Notes: a model not told the origin generated them from the letters alone. 42,797 bases of DNA from an uncultured Candidatus Saccharibacteria bacterium (GCA_964577025.1 CAZNVT010000004.1:1-42797); one strand, 5' to 3'; counted from the stretch's first letter, positions 17,628 through 26,980 are shown. Translations and numbers: made by a program.

Positions 17628-19067
17628 TTACGTTGTTACTTCGTCCCTAAGAAGAGCTCCTAGGCGCTCTCCGGTATGACCGTCAGCAGCACCTACAAAC
17701 CGCTCCACGATCCGAGAACGACCTTCTCGCTCTAGCTCAGGGTGAGCAAGATAGCGCTGCACTTCACGCACCAACGCCTCGGGAGTGCGCGCGACACGAA
17801 CTCCGCCCTGCGCAAGCAGCTCTTCAAAGTGCGTGTACGCATCATAGAAACGATTAACAGATTCCCAGTACGCTACTTCACCCTTCTTTGCGGTGCCGTC
17901 GAAGTTTATGCACACAACCGGCTTATCGAGCACTGCCGCATCAATTGCAAAGGTAGAACCACCAGTAACTACAACATCAGCGTGATACATAGTCCGGAAG
18001 AGTTCTTCTGAAGCCGAACGGGCGCGATCCTCATCACTACGATACGTTGCCGATCTATCAATGGTTACTCCCGGAACGTTGCCGATTGATTCTGGAATAC
18101 CAAACTTCGGGTGTGGCCGGTAAAGAAATTGTACTTCCTGTTGAAATGAATTCTTCAAAACAAGTTCCGAAAATATTTCCACTAGGTCATTTTCCCGTTT
18201 AAATAGAAAGGTTCCCATAGCTCCATACAGAATGATTTTCTTCTTTGGGTCCAGGCCGTGCTCTCCGCAGAATTCTGCACGTGTTCCAGCATATTCCTCT
18301 ACCCTGCGCACAGGGTCATAGTGTGGCAACCCGACTATTTCGATGGCAGCATCTCTTGAACTAATACCCTGAACACCCCGAGCAGCATCATGCAGAAAGG
18401 AGTTTTGAACAATAATACAGTCTGGAACAACACGCAGTGCTCCATGGCTGGTGAGGTTGTCCCAACTGCGTGTCATTCCAACTACGCGAATATTTCTACG
18501 CTTTGCTTCGCGCATGAGCACCACGTCTGTATCAAAATTCGTAATGGACAGTGAGATTACCAGGTTTGGACGCACTTCATCGAAAAGCGCTCGAGCAGCA
18601 TTGTCCTTGCCCACCAAAATAAAGAGTTTGCGCAATAGTCGCTGATAGGGGTGTATGCGTCCGAGCGTAGCAGCGTGGAGTCTCTTGGCATAGGTGGCGA
18701 CGAAAGTGGCATCGCCTCGCAGGAGTGCACGCATTTTAGACCAATGATTGGTGTGGGTTGGAAGCCCTGCATACAGAAGTGTTGCAACGAGCGCATCAAT
18801 ATGACTTGGTCGTGCTCTATTAAATTCTTTAACAGTGACATCAACGTCGGCGTACCGTTCGTTAAATTCTGCGGTACGACCCTTTGGAACCACCAATGTT
18901 ACTGTTGCTTTCCTTAACGCTGGCAGAATCTCATCCCAAACAGGGGTGTCAAGAATGTTACGTACAACAAGGTCCTCGCTTGCGATAAAGAGGACTGATT
19001 TTTTTTCCTGGGGTGAAGGGTTCATGAATGCGTCCATAATACACCTCTCAGCACCGTTGGCATGCAT
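17628..19067 (-). CDS. GT-B-fold transferase of uncertain family (TagF/KpsS-like; candidate CMP-sugar or CDP-alcohol dependent transferase)
   Basis: 479-aa ORF. The C-terminal half has the pattern KKIILYG...FLYRPHPKF...ADVVVTGGSTFAIDAAVLDKPVVCINFDG...RFYDAY...TPEALVREV. This resembles the C-terminal Rossmann half of TagF-type and capsule GT-B enzymes, including an HP dipeptide. The real start is probably ATG 19037 or 19025, which avoids crowding the divergent gene. The function is not established. Confidence 0.55.
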   Translation of the reverse strand: MHANGAERCIMDAFMNPSPQEKKSVLFIASEDLVVRNILDTPVWDEILPALRKATVTLVVPKGRTAEFNERYADVDVTVKEFNRARPSHIDALVATLLYAGLPTHTNHWSKMRALLRGDATFVATYAKRLHAATLGRIHPYQRLLRKLFILVGKDNAARALFDEVRPNLVISLSITNFDTDVVLMREAKRRNIRVVGMTRSWDNLTSHGALRVVPDCIIVQNSFLHDAARGVQGISSRDAAIEIVGLPHYDPVRRVEEYAGTRAEFCGEHGLDPKKKIILYGAMGTFLFKRENDLVEIFSELVLKNSFQQEVQFLYRPHPKFGIPESIGNVPGVTIDRSATYRSDEDRARSASEELFRTMYHADVVVTGGSTFAIDAAVLDKPVVCINFDGTAKKGEVAYWESVNRFYDAYTHFEELLAQGGVRVARTPEALVREVQRYLAHPELEREGRSRIVERFVGAADGHTGERLGALLRDEVTT

Positions 19068-19101
19068 TGTGGCTGACGACTCTTTCCTCTACAATTCTGT
19101 C

Positions 19102-19998
19102 ATGGAAGTCTCTCTACCCAAGCTTAAATACGCGATTCTTCGACTCTACTTTGGCGTTAGGAACTCGTGGCCCGTATGGTATGGACTACTCAACAAAGGG
19201 CACCGGGCCACGTGGAGAAAATCTGCACCAGAACTGAAAGAGTGGCAGGGGCGGGTTTTGAGGGACCTGAGACGTGATGGTATTGCACGCACAAGTCTAG
19301 AGGAGATGTTTGAAGGAACCAAAAAACTTGCGGAATTGCGCGTGTTTGCAGAAGAAGCAAAAGTATCTACGGGACGTCCAAACCGAAAAAAGAAATTCCT
19401 TTTCGATTATTGGCCGCAAGGAGAAACACTGGACCGCAATAACCCATTCCTTTCACTTGCTCTTAGTGATGCCGCGCTACGTGTAGCAAACGCGTATTTA
19501 GAACTACGGACAAAACTAAATTATTTCCATCTTGCCGATACATTGCCAGAAGTTACTGATGAGGCAATAGATTCGCAGCGGTGGCATCGAGATCCAGAGG
19601 AGCAACGTTTGTGCAAAATGTTTGTATACCTCACTGACGTTGACGAAGCAGCGGGTCCGTTCGTTTACGTGCGTGGATCTACACGCGGAGGCACATACGG
19701 GAACCTGTTCCCTCAACAGCGGCCCTATGGCGCGTATCCAGGCGACGCACAGGTTGAGCGTGCTGTTTCTCCTCACGACGTTATGACCATGACGGGACCA
19801 GCAGGAACGGTGCTTTTTTGCGACACCTCGGGACTACATAAGGGTGGGCACGCGACGAAAAACGTTCGCACTATGTTTACCGCATTCTACACTTCTCCGT
19901 GGTGGGTCGAGCAGCCGCATTACCGCCTACCAAGTGATATGACAGCTGACGAGTATTCCCCCAGCGCCACCTACGCTCTCTCGCTAGTAAGTAAATAG
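19102..19998 (+). CDS. Phytanoyl-CoA dioxygenase (PhyH)-family Fe(II)/2-oxoglutarate oxygenase
   Basis: It has an HxD motif in QRWHRDPEE, a distal His in SGLHKGGH, and an Arg in NVRTMF. I moved the start from 18835 to ATG 19102. The first 89 codons of the track ORF are antisense to the 17628-19067 gene. Confidence 0.78.
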   Translation: MEVSLPKLKYAILRLYFGVRNSWPVWYGLLNKGHRATWRKSAPELKEWQGRVLRDLRRDGIARTSLEEMFEGTKKLAELRVFAEEAKVSTGRPNRKKKFLFDYWPQGETLDRNNPFLSLALSDAALRVANAYLELRTKLNYFHLADTLPEVTDEAIDSQRWHRDPEEQRLCKMFVYLTDVDEAAGPFVYVRGSTRGGTYGNLFPQQRPYGAYPGDAQVERAVSPHDVMTMTGPAGTVLFCDTSGLHKGGHATKNVRTMFTAFYTSPWWVEQPHYRLPSDMTADEYSPSATYALSLVSK

Positions 19999-20002
19999 AA
20001 CA

Positions 20003-20671
20003 CTACTTAATAACGTAGTACTTTCCCGAACTGGTAGTGCGTAGTGTCTTACCTGTCTGTGCAAGGTATTCATCCACTGCCTTAGATGCTCCTGGCCATC
20101 GATCTTCGTTATACTCGTCAAATAAAATAACTCCTCCTGGAACAACTAGCGGCTCGAGGACTCGGAATACATCTCGATATGATTGATAGAGATCTGCATC
20201 AATATGCAGTAGCGCGATTGGAGAGCGATCGTACCCCGCAAGACTCTTATCAAAGAACCCGGGAACGAGTTTTACATTAGTCCGAATGAAATCTGGGGAC
20301 ACACCAGCAATATGCAAAATACGGAGGATGTCATCGGGAGAGGTGCCACTCCACTCACCCTTGCGGGGCTTTCGAGCACTGTCGTCCTCTGGAGCTGGTT
20401 CTGGAAATCCTCCGAAAGAATCAAAACCCCATACGGTCCGACCCCTACTTTCGCGCGAGGCAAGATGTGTAAAAAAGAGAAAGGTCCTTCCCTTTCCAAC
20501 CCCACACTCCACTATAGTTCCTGGTATATCAGCTACAAGCTTGTACGCTTCAGTAAGCCCAATAAGTGCCTGAATACGGCGCGTATCCATAGGAATCGTT
20601 CCAAGTGGGAACAGTCCATATCCAAAAAATCCAATCAGTTTCTTAAGTGCAAGTTTCATAGGTGTGGCCAT
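20003..20671 (-). CDS. TylF/MycF-family sugar O-methyltransferase, copy 2
   Basis: 222 aa. GTIVECGVGKGRTFL, GFDSFGGFPEP, LLHIDADLYQSYRDVF, PGGVILFDEY and WPGASKAVDEY are collinear with copy 1, at roughly 40% identity by eye. Confidence 0.85.
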   Translation of the reverse strand: MATPMKLALKKLIGFFGYGLFPLGTIPMDTRRIQALIGLTEAYKLVADIPGTIVECGVGKGRTFLFFTHLASRESRGRTVWGFDSFGGFPEPAPEDDSARKPRKGEWSGTSPDDILRILHIAGVSPDFIRTNVKLVPGFFDKSLAGYDRSPIALLHIDADLYQSYRDVFRVLEPLVVPGGVILFDEYNEDRWPGASKAVDEYLAQTGKTLRTTSSGKYYVIK

Positions 20672-20705
20672 TGTACCGCACCCCTAGCAGAAACCCCACG
20701 ACGAC

Positions 20706-22085
20706 CTAGTGGAGACTTGCTTCCATAAACATACGAATACCCTTACGAGAAAGCACCCTTCGCCCAAGACTCTTAAGTACCGAGAGCTGGTACGTTGTTG
20801 GGACGATAACGTCACGAACGGATAGTGAGAATTCTGGCATCTTGCTTCGAAGTCTAAGGTACCGTTCAATTCCTGAAGAAGTGTTGATGATTAGGCTACC
20901 GACCCCAATACCCATAATTCCAAATACCATAATACTTACTGGCATTACGGTAATGGTGAGCAACAACTTCACGAGCATTGTTACAAAGAAGGCAAATTGT
21001 TCTTTTAGGATTGCAAATGTTGGGGTAAAAACGGCTGTCGTGGCGGTAGGAATAAGTGCAAAAATGAGCACCAAGGTAAGAGGCATTGCCGGCACATATT
21101 TTGGCAGAATAATCATGAGTACTGGAAGCCCAACAAACGTTGCGAGAATTAACCCAAGTGCACACAAAAATTGTGCCTTAACAGACGACTTGATAAGCCC
21201 TATGAACTGCTGCTTCTTCTCTATGTGCAGCGGGGCCAAGGACGCAAATACACTTGAGAATGGCAATAAACTCGAAACATTGCTATATATACCGAGCGCA
21301 AAAGCAAACAAACCAACTGCTTCTGTCCCAAGCAAAAGTTTGATAATCCAAAGTTGCAGATTCTGTGTGATGTTCCCGACATACCCTGCCAAAATGCTCC
21401 ATTTTCGATGAGATCCGATGAGTTGCCAGAACCGATACTGCCCTTCTGCCACTGCAGTCCCAAAATAGAGATACCCTGAAATTGTTCGAGGAATGAAACA
21501 TGCCACAGCTACTAACTGCGACACAACAACACTATAGAGAAGTCCATCGATACCCATACCAAAACCAAAGAAAAACAGTACGAGCGTTATAGTTTTGGCC
21601 ACTTCCTCGAGTGTGCCGTATACGGCCTGATCTACGAATCGACCGTGCACACTCGCTAACATCTGACTTACCGAGCGGAGTGGGGAAATAAGTAGTGTCA
21701 AGGCTACTATTTGAATGTAGCTTTGAAGCGAAGCGTTTCCCGAAAATGAAGCGGCAATGGCGGCGCCAAAGTACAGAAGCCCGAACGAAACTGTCGCAAG
21801 CACACTTACGAGCAGCACGTATTGTAAAAACAAGGCCTTCATTCTTGCGGTATTTCCACGGCCCCGTTCAACACCCATATCAGCTGCAATGGTTGCCGTA
21901 AGTCCGGGCAAAAGGATAACGCTTGCCATACTTGCTATCGAAAAAACGAGCTCAGCGACACCGTAATTGAATACCGTAAGGTGATGCAGAATAATAAGCA
22001 CATTTGCGAGCACCAGCACCTTGTTCACTACCGTACCAACCACGGTCCACGCGACGCCTTTCCCAACAGTGCGAAGTAAACTCAT
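20706..22085 (-). CDS. Wzx-type oligosaccharide flippase (MOP superfamily polysaccharide biosynthesis protein)
   Basis: Polytopic, about 12-14 hydrophobic spans. The N-terminus MSLLRTVGKGVAWTVVGTVVNKVL is typical of Wzx. The start is set at ATG 22085, which forms an ATGA overlap with the upstream GT stop. The track start at 22130 is GTG and overlaps by 49 nt. Confidence 0.85.
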   Translation of the reverse strand: MSLLRTVGKGVAWTVVGTVVNKVLVLANVLIILHHLTVFNYGVAELVFSIASMASVILLPGLTATIAADMGVERGRGNTARMKALFLQYVLLVSVLATVSFGLLYFGAAIAASFSGNASLQSYIQIVALTLLISPLRSVSQMLASVHGRFVDQAVYGTLEEVAKTITLVLFFFGFGMGIDGLLYSVVVSQLVAVACFIPRTISGYLYFGTAVAEGQYRFWQLIGSHRKWSILAGYVGNITQNLQLWIIKLLLGTEAVGLFAFALGIYSNVSSLLPFSSVFASLAPLHIEKKQQFIGLIKSSVKAQFLCALGLILATFVGLPVLMIILPKYVPAMPLTLVLIFALIPTATTAVFTPTFAILKEQFAFFVTMLVKLLLTITVMPVSIMVFGIMGIGVGSLIINTSSGIERYLRLRSKMPEFSLSVRDVIVPTTYQLSVLKSLGRRVLSRKGIRMFMEASLH

Positions 22086-23227
22086 AGCATAGAAAATCTT
22101 TTCATAATTCGTTCCTCCCTTTTGTCCCACGTATACTGCTCTACGCGAGCGCGAGCGGCATTTGCTCGCTGCTGTGCTTCTGTACCGCCAGTCAAGGCGC
22201 TTCGAAGACTCTCCACCAAACTCTCCACATCGTCGGGAGTATAGAAGTACGCCAGATCAGTACCTATAACCTCCACAACAGAGGGTAGGTTGCTTGCAAC
22301 TATAGGACGATTGCTGGCCATATACTCAAATAGCTTCATAGGTGACGTGTACTTTGCGGATATGTCCTGCGTTCCTGTATTTGGAAGTACTAAGACATTT
22401 GCAGCTGATTGCCAGATTGGCACTAGCTTATGAGGAACATGTCCAACAAAGTGGATGTTTTTATTCTCTCTCCACGTTCGCGTATATAGAGTAACAGCGT
22501 CTGCAGTTCCACCAATAAAGAAGAACTCGACCTTTGGCAGTTCTCTTGCGGCAGCCAAAAGCGTGTCCACTCCTTTCCAGCCATACAGGTGTCCTGTGTA
22601 CACCGCAATCGTCTGGTCCTGCATCAACCCTAACTCCTTACGGGCTTCCTGCAACGACTTAGGTGAGAACAAAGAAAGATTCACACCATTCCTCTCCATA
22701 AATATGCGGTCTCCTGCTACGGGGAAATCCAGTCTAAGCTCGCACGCTTTCCACTCATTTGTTGCTATGACAAGCTTCGTCCTGGAGAACAAGAACCGAT
22801 AGAGAAACTTCCAGTGCTCTGGGTAGTCGTGTACTTCGTACACAACGTCACTTGATGCGAGAACCGCTGCGATTCCTGGAACCAAGTCATTCGCAAAGAT
22901 GATATCCCCTTTCCTTGCGTGGAATGAAAGAAATACGTAAGTGGCGAAGGAGAATACCAAAGTACTCAAGAAAAATGGGAGACCTCCAAGCCAAGACACC
23001 GAAAATAGATCTATGGTCGGTAACCTGTGTACGGTAATGTCTAAGGGAATAGCGTAAATCGTTTCGTTTTTTTCTTTGTGCTTGTCAAATCTGCTCGGTA
23101 CAATAATTGTAACGTTACCGTGGGCAGAAAGTGCTGTTGCGTGCTCGATCACAAACAGTGATGCTGCCTTTTCACTCGGAAAACGACCATGAAAGACAAT
23201 AAAAAAATGTGGCGTTCTGGTAGTCAT
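22082..23227 (-). CDS. GT4-family (GT-B) glycosyltransferase
   Basis: 381 aa. The C-terminal domain carries SPMKLFEYMASNRPIVASNLPSVVEVI (E-x7-E region). Confidence 0.85.
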   Translation of the reverse strand: MTTRTPHFFIVFHGRFPSEKAASLFVIEHATALSAHGNVTIIVPSRFDKHKEKNETIYAIPLDITVHRLPTIDLFSVSWLGGLPFFLSTLVFSFATYVFLSFHARKGDIIFANDLVPGIAAVLASSDVVYEVHDYPEHWKFLYRFLFSRTKLVIATNEWKACELRLDFPVAGDRIFMERNGVNLSLFSPKSLQEARKELGLMQDQTIAVYTGHLYGWKGVDTLLAAARELPKVEFFFIGGTADAVTLYTRTWRENKNIHFVGHVPHKLVPIWQSAANVLVLPNTGTQDISAKYTSPMKLFEYMASNRPIVASNLPSVVEVIGTDLAYFYTPDDVESLVESLRSALTGGTEAQQRANAARARVEQYTWDKREERIMKRFSML

Positions 23228-23231
23228 CCTA

Positions 23232-24041
23232 TTAGAACTTATTAATATACCTCATTGATTCCCGCACAAGCGTGAACTGATACCATACACGCGCGAGCTC
23301 GTATTGAATTGGTAAGCGATTTCCCTTGCAACTTAGTAATAGCAACCCGAGACGGTATACATATCTGACTCCTATTGCAGCCTCTCGCCACATACACTTA
23401 CTCCAACCTCTAAATGTCACCGGACCCTTCCTTTTGTTTTCCATATCTATGTACGTTCTCCATTTTTTAACAAGCTCACGTGCTGTGTGTGGCAGAGGCA
23501 CAATCATTGCTCCTTTAGTATAAAGCGTTTCAGTTCCTGATTTAATTTGTATGCGCTCGTGGACGCTCTTAATGAAGCCATGCACCACATCTTTATGGAA
23601 AAGCCGTAACTGTTGCGACGGGTATGCTACAGAACAGTCTATTTTTTTTCCAAGATACTCGTATTTCCTAGGAACCCAGAAAACACGAGGTTGTTGTAGC
23701 ACAATATCGCGTACCTCGTCTCGCAAAGCAGTATCTATATATTCATCAGAATCAAGAACCAAGAACCAAGAGTAAGAAGCACTCGCAAGTGTTTGGTTGC
23801 GCACTCCAGAGTAGTTCAAAATTCGACCATCACCGTCAAGGTACTCTGAGCTTTGACTAAGTATGCGAGCACCGAATGCTTTTGCAATAGCGAGCGTATC
23901 GTCCGTAGAACCGCCGTCGCAGATGATTATTTCTGCAAAATCCCGCACACTCTCCAGCGCCCGGGTAAGCGTGCCCTCGCTGTTGCGAGTAAGTATCGCA
24001 ACGGTACAAGGAATAGGCTGTACTGAAGGTGTCCTGGTCAT
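23232..24041 (-). CDS. GT2-family (GT-A) glycosyltransferase
   Basis: 269 aa. It has VAILTRNSEGTLTRALESV..IIICDGGSTDDT and a DxD-like LDSDE. Confidence 0.85.
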   Translation of the reverse strand: MTRTPSVQPIPCTVAILTRNSEGTLTRALESVRDFAEIIICDGGSTDDTLAIAKAFGARILSQSSEYLDGDGRILNYSGVRNQTLASASYSWFLVLDSDEYIDTALRDEVRDIVLQQPRVFWVPRKYEYLGKKIDCSVAYPSQQLRLFHKDVVHGFIKSVHERIQIKSGTETLYTKGAMIVPLPHTARELVKKWRTYIDMENKRKGPVTFRGWSKCMWREAAIGVRYVYRLGLLLLSCKGNRLPIQYELARVWYQFTLVRESMRYINKF

Positions 24042-24043
24042 AT

Positions 24044-25069
24044 CTAGTGTAACTTCTGGAGCTCCGCCAGTAGAGCTGGAATAAGTGACTGCAAAGAGTG
24101 AGACTTTCGAACATACGCCTGAAGAGGGCGTGTATCTACTTGAAGCGCATGCTCTATGGCGCGGGCCCCATCTTCAGGAGTGCGTGATGAAAGAAAGAGA
24201 CCATACGGCACCAGCAGTTCTTTGAACGCTTCATTTGAGACTACCGTTGGCACACCCGCACACAATGCCTCAAGCACGGCCTTATCGAGACTCCCGGTAT
24301 TACTGAAGTTTAAGAACACATCGACATTTTTCAGTATGTCGGGGACGTGTTCGTGCGACACCGCACCAACCATCTGAACACACGATGCATACGGTCGCTC
24401 GTGCACAGCCAACTCAACCTCGCGTTGATATGCGCTATCCTCTTTTGTTGCAGCACTGCCCACAAGGGTGAAACTAAGGCTCTTTCCTTCTACGTGCAAA
24501 ACATCAAGCACGCTGAGCATCTCCAAGACGCCCTTGGTTCGCGTAAGCCTGCCAATAGTTCCGATTCGCATACTAGTTCCCGGCACGTACACGGAAGGGT
24601 GTGCCTGAGGGCAATCGAGTCCGTGACCCATAACGCGTAGTTTTTTTGAGTGAAGTCTGAAACTTGCCTTTGATGCGGTGAATACCGTGTTGGCAAGCAG
24701 CTCTGCAATTCTCAGTCGCAACCCAACATGCTTGTGTGTGTACCATAGTGAAATTCGCTTTCCCATAAGTCTCCATACCAGCCCTCCAAGCACTACGTAC
24801 TCGGGATTCATATGTACGAACACCGCATCGTATGTAGATCGACGCGAAATAATTTCATAGTAGAAACGCCCGATAACCAGAAGCTTCCCACGTCCCCCAG
24901 GTCGCAATGGCACCACAGTGACGTTGCTAGGCAGATTGTGTTCACCCACCCGCAAGGCACACACGGTCACCTGTTCGCAGTTTTTTGCAAACTCCACTAG
25001 CCATCGATGAAAAAACCCCAGGACCGGATCGTTTGTATCTACTGCTTGTGTGACGATGAGAAGCTTCAT
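24044..25069 (-). CDS. GT4-family glycosyltransferase
   Basis: 341 aa. It has NFSNTGSLDKAVLEALCAGVPTVVSN (E-x7-E region). Confidence 0.85.
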   Translation of the reverse strand: MKLLIVTQAVDTNDPVLGFFHRWLVEFAKNCEQVTVCALRVGEHNLPSNVTVVPLRPGGRGKLLVIGRFYYEIISRRSTYDAVFVHMNPEYVVLGGLVWRLMGKRISLWYTHKHVGLRLRIAELLANTVFTASKASFRLHSKKLRVMGHGLDCPQAHPSVYVPGTSMRIGTIGRLTRTKGVLEMLSVLDVLHVEGKSLSFTLVGSAATKEDSAYQREVELAVHERPYASCVQMVGAVSHEHVPDILKNVDVFLNFSNTGSLDKAVLEALCAGVPTVVSNEAFKELLVPYGLFLSSRTPEDGARAIEHALQVDTRPLQAYVRKSHSLQSLIPALLAELQKLH

Positions 25070-25084
25070 AACTGCTGCTGATTA

Positions 25085-26080
25085 CTATTGCTTTGGTTCA
25101 GTAAGCGAGGTCAGAAATTCCTCGTGTTCTTTAAACCACACCATAAAGCTTTCAATTCCCTCTTCAACGCCAACCTTTGGTGTAAATCCAAGATCGCGCT
25201 TTGCGCTACTACAGTCGGCAACTGTCGCTGGTACATCCCCTGCCTGAAGCGGAAGCATACGCGCCTTCGCCTTTTTGCCAGCGTGCTTTTCGATGAGCTT
25301 CACAAAACGCGAGAGCGGTACCGCTTCACTTCCTCCCAAGTTGTAGAGACGGTACTTTTTCTGGGGAGCCTTTTCTATCTGAGTCAGAATCGCTGTGACA
25401 ATGTCCGAAACGTGCGTAAAACTGCGCTTCATACGGCCGTTGTTGTAGAGATCAATAGGCTCCCCCGCAAGAATACGCCTGGCAAATTTAAAGAGTGCCA
25501 TATCAGGCCTGCCCCATGTGCCGTACACGGTAAAGAAGCGAAGCCCCACCATCTCCATGCCATACAGGTGGTGATAAGAATATGCCAACGATTCGTTTGC
25601 CTTCTTGGACGCTGCGTATATAGAAATTGGAGTATCAACACGATCAGTTTCGGTAAATGGTTGCTTCTTGTTCGCGCCATATACAGAACTTGATGACGCG
25701 TAGATAACACGTGGCAAATTAAGTCTGTGTGCCGCTTCGAACACATTCAATGTGCCCAGATAGTTCGCTTCTGCGTACGCCCACGGATTTGTAAGCGAGT
25801 ACCGCACACCCGCCTGTGCAGCAAGATGCACTATCTCTTGCACATTTGACTCGCGAAGGATGGCCTCGAGCGTATCATACTGCGCGATGTTAATTTTATG
25901 AAACGTAAACTGCGTATGCTTCTTAAGCTCACGCAGGCGCGCACGCTTCATTCGCACGTCGTAGTATGAGCTCATAGAGTCAACGCCAATTACTCTGTAG
26001 CCTGTGGCGAGTAAGAGCTGGCTTAGGTGAAAACCGATGAAACCCGCAGCTCCCGTCACGCAGATAGTTTTGTGTTTCAT
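25085..26080 (-). CDS. NAD-dependent epimerase, UDP-glucuronate 4-epimerase-like (extended SDR)
   Basis: 331 aa. VTGAAGFIGFHLSQLLL..VIGVDSMSSYYD, the YAASKKANE (YxxxK) motif and the RFFTVYGTWGRPDMA block are typical of Cap1J/LpsL-type UDP-GlcA epimerases. Confidence 0.8.
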   Translation of the reverse strand: MKHKTICVTGAAGFIGFHLSQLLLATGYRVIGVDSMSSYYDVRMKRARLRELKKHTQFTFHKINIAQYDTLEAILRESNVQEIVHLAAQAGVRYSLTNPWAYAEANYLGTLNVFEAAHRLNLPRVIYASSSSVYGANKKQPFTETDRVDTPISIYAASKKANESLAYSYHHLYGMEMVGLRFFTVYGTWGRPDMALFKFARRILAGEPIDLYNNGRMKRSFTHVSDIVTAILTQIEKAPQKKYRLYNLGGSEAVPLSRFVKLIEKHAGKKAKARMLPLQAGDVPATVADCSSAKRDLGFTPKVGVEEGIESFMVWFKEHEEFLTSLTEPKQ

Positions 26081-26083
26081 AGA

Positions 26084-26929
26084 TTATTGAACACTTCCAT
26101 ACACACCCGCCACCAACTCAGAGTCTTTGTTTGTTGAACGAAGAAGTTCTAGATTTTTAGCCTCAACTGCCGCAAATACCGCTGCCGCAGTAGCGTCCGC
26201 GGGGCGCACCGAGGTATACAGCTGACGCAGCGCTGCGAAATCTTTTATAAAGCAGTGCCCTCCTGCACCCCGTCCTGATTTATGAAGTGGATTTGAGTAC
26301 CGACTACTAATGTAGGGATCTGCAGCGACGGCAGTGCCAATACGCTCCCAATTCTCACCAAGTGATTGTGCCAAGTCATAGAGCATATTAAAGAACACTA
26401 CCTGTATGTACCCGCTCGTATTATGCGCATACTTAAAAATTTCTGCCTCGGTACTTGTCATAATCTGCTTATACGGTGCATCGGGGAGTACGGACAGAAC
26501 AAGCGCTGCTTGGGTCTCCTGATCTGACGCAGATGTACCAACCACAGAAGCAAAGGGCGTCGAAACGTCTTGGCGTGCAGTAGCTTCAGAAAGAAACTCG
26601 GGCGAGTATAGTACGGTAATGCCAGGATGCGCTTGTTGCAGTTTCTTGGTAGTACCCGGAAGGACCGTTGACTTTATGACGGCAATTTTTCCATCACCCA
26701 CCAAAGAAAGTGCGCTATCGACAATGGAGTAATCGAATCCCTTCGGGGTTGTGGGTGTAGGGACGCCAATACACACAATGTCGCACGCTGCTATTTTTTC
26801 TTTGTTCCCTACATACGGTTCTTCGAGCGCATATCGAATTACCGCAAAGCCTCGGCTCTCAAAATCGTCAGCGTAGTTTTTGCCCACGTACCCTTGTCCT
26901 ATTACACCGATAAGCGTTGCCGCATTCAT
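26084..26929 (-). CDS. Short UDP-glucose/GDP-mannose dehydrogenase-family protein (NAD-binding + central domain only)
   Basis: It has the Rossmann motif IGVIGQGYVG, the motifs VPTP and SPEFL, and the catalytic-Cys block GGHCFIKD. Only ~55 aa follow the Cys, so there is no UDP-binding C-terminal domain. The start is set at ATG 26929 (MNAATLIGVIG). The track start at 26974 is GTG. Confidence 0.7.
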   Translation of the reverse strand: MNAATLIGVIGQGYVGKNYADDFESRGFAVIRYALEEPYVGNKEKIAACDIVCIGVPTPTTPKGFDYSIVDSALSLVGDGKIAVIKSTVLPGTTKKLQQAHPGITVLYSPEFLSEATARQDVSTPFASVVGTSASDQETQAALVLSVLPDAPYKQIMTSTEAEIFKYAHNTSGYIQVVFFNMLYDLAQSLGENWERIGTAVAADPYISSRYSNPLHKSGRGAGGHCFIKDFAALRQLYTSVRPADATAAAVFAAVEAKNLELLRSTNKDSELVAGVYGSVQ

Positions 26930-26980
26930 ATGTGAAAACTTGAGGATTAATGTTACGTAAATTTCTCCGTGCACCCGAAG

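Noticed and set aside
18835-19101. N-terminal 89 codons of the track ORF 18835-19998
   Set aside because: This stretch is antisense to the 5' part of the 17628-19067 gene and is compositionally shadow-like. The PhyH-like homology starts after ATG 19102, so I shortened the CDS.
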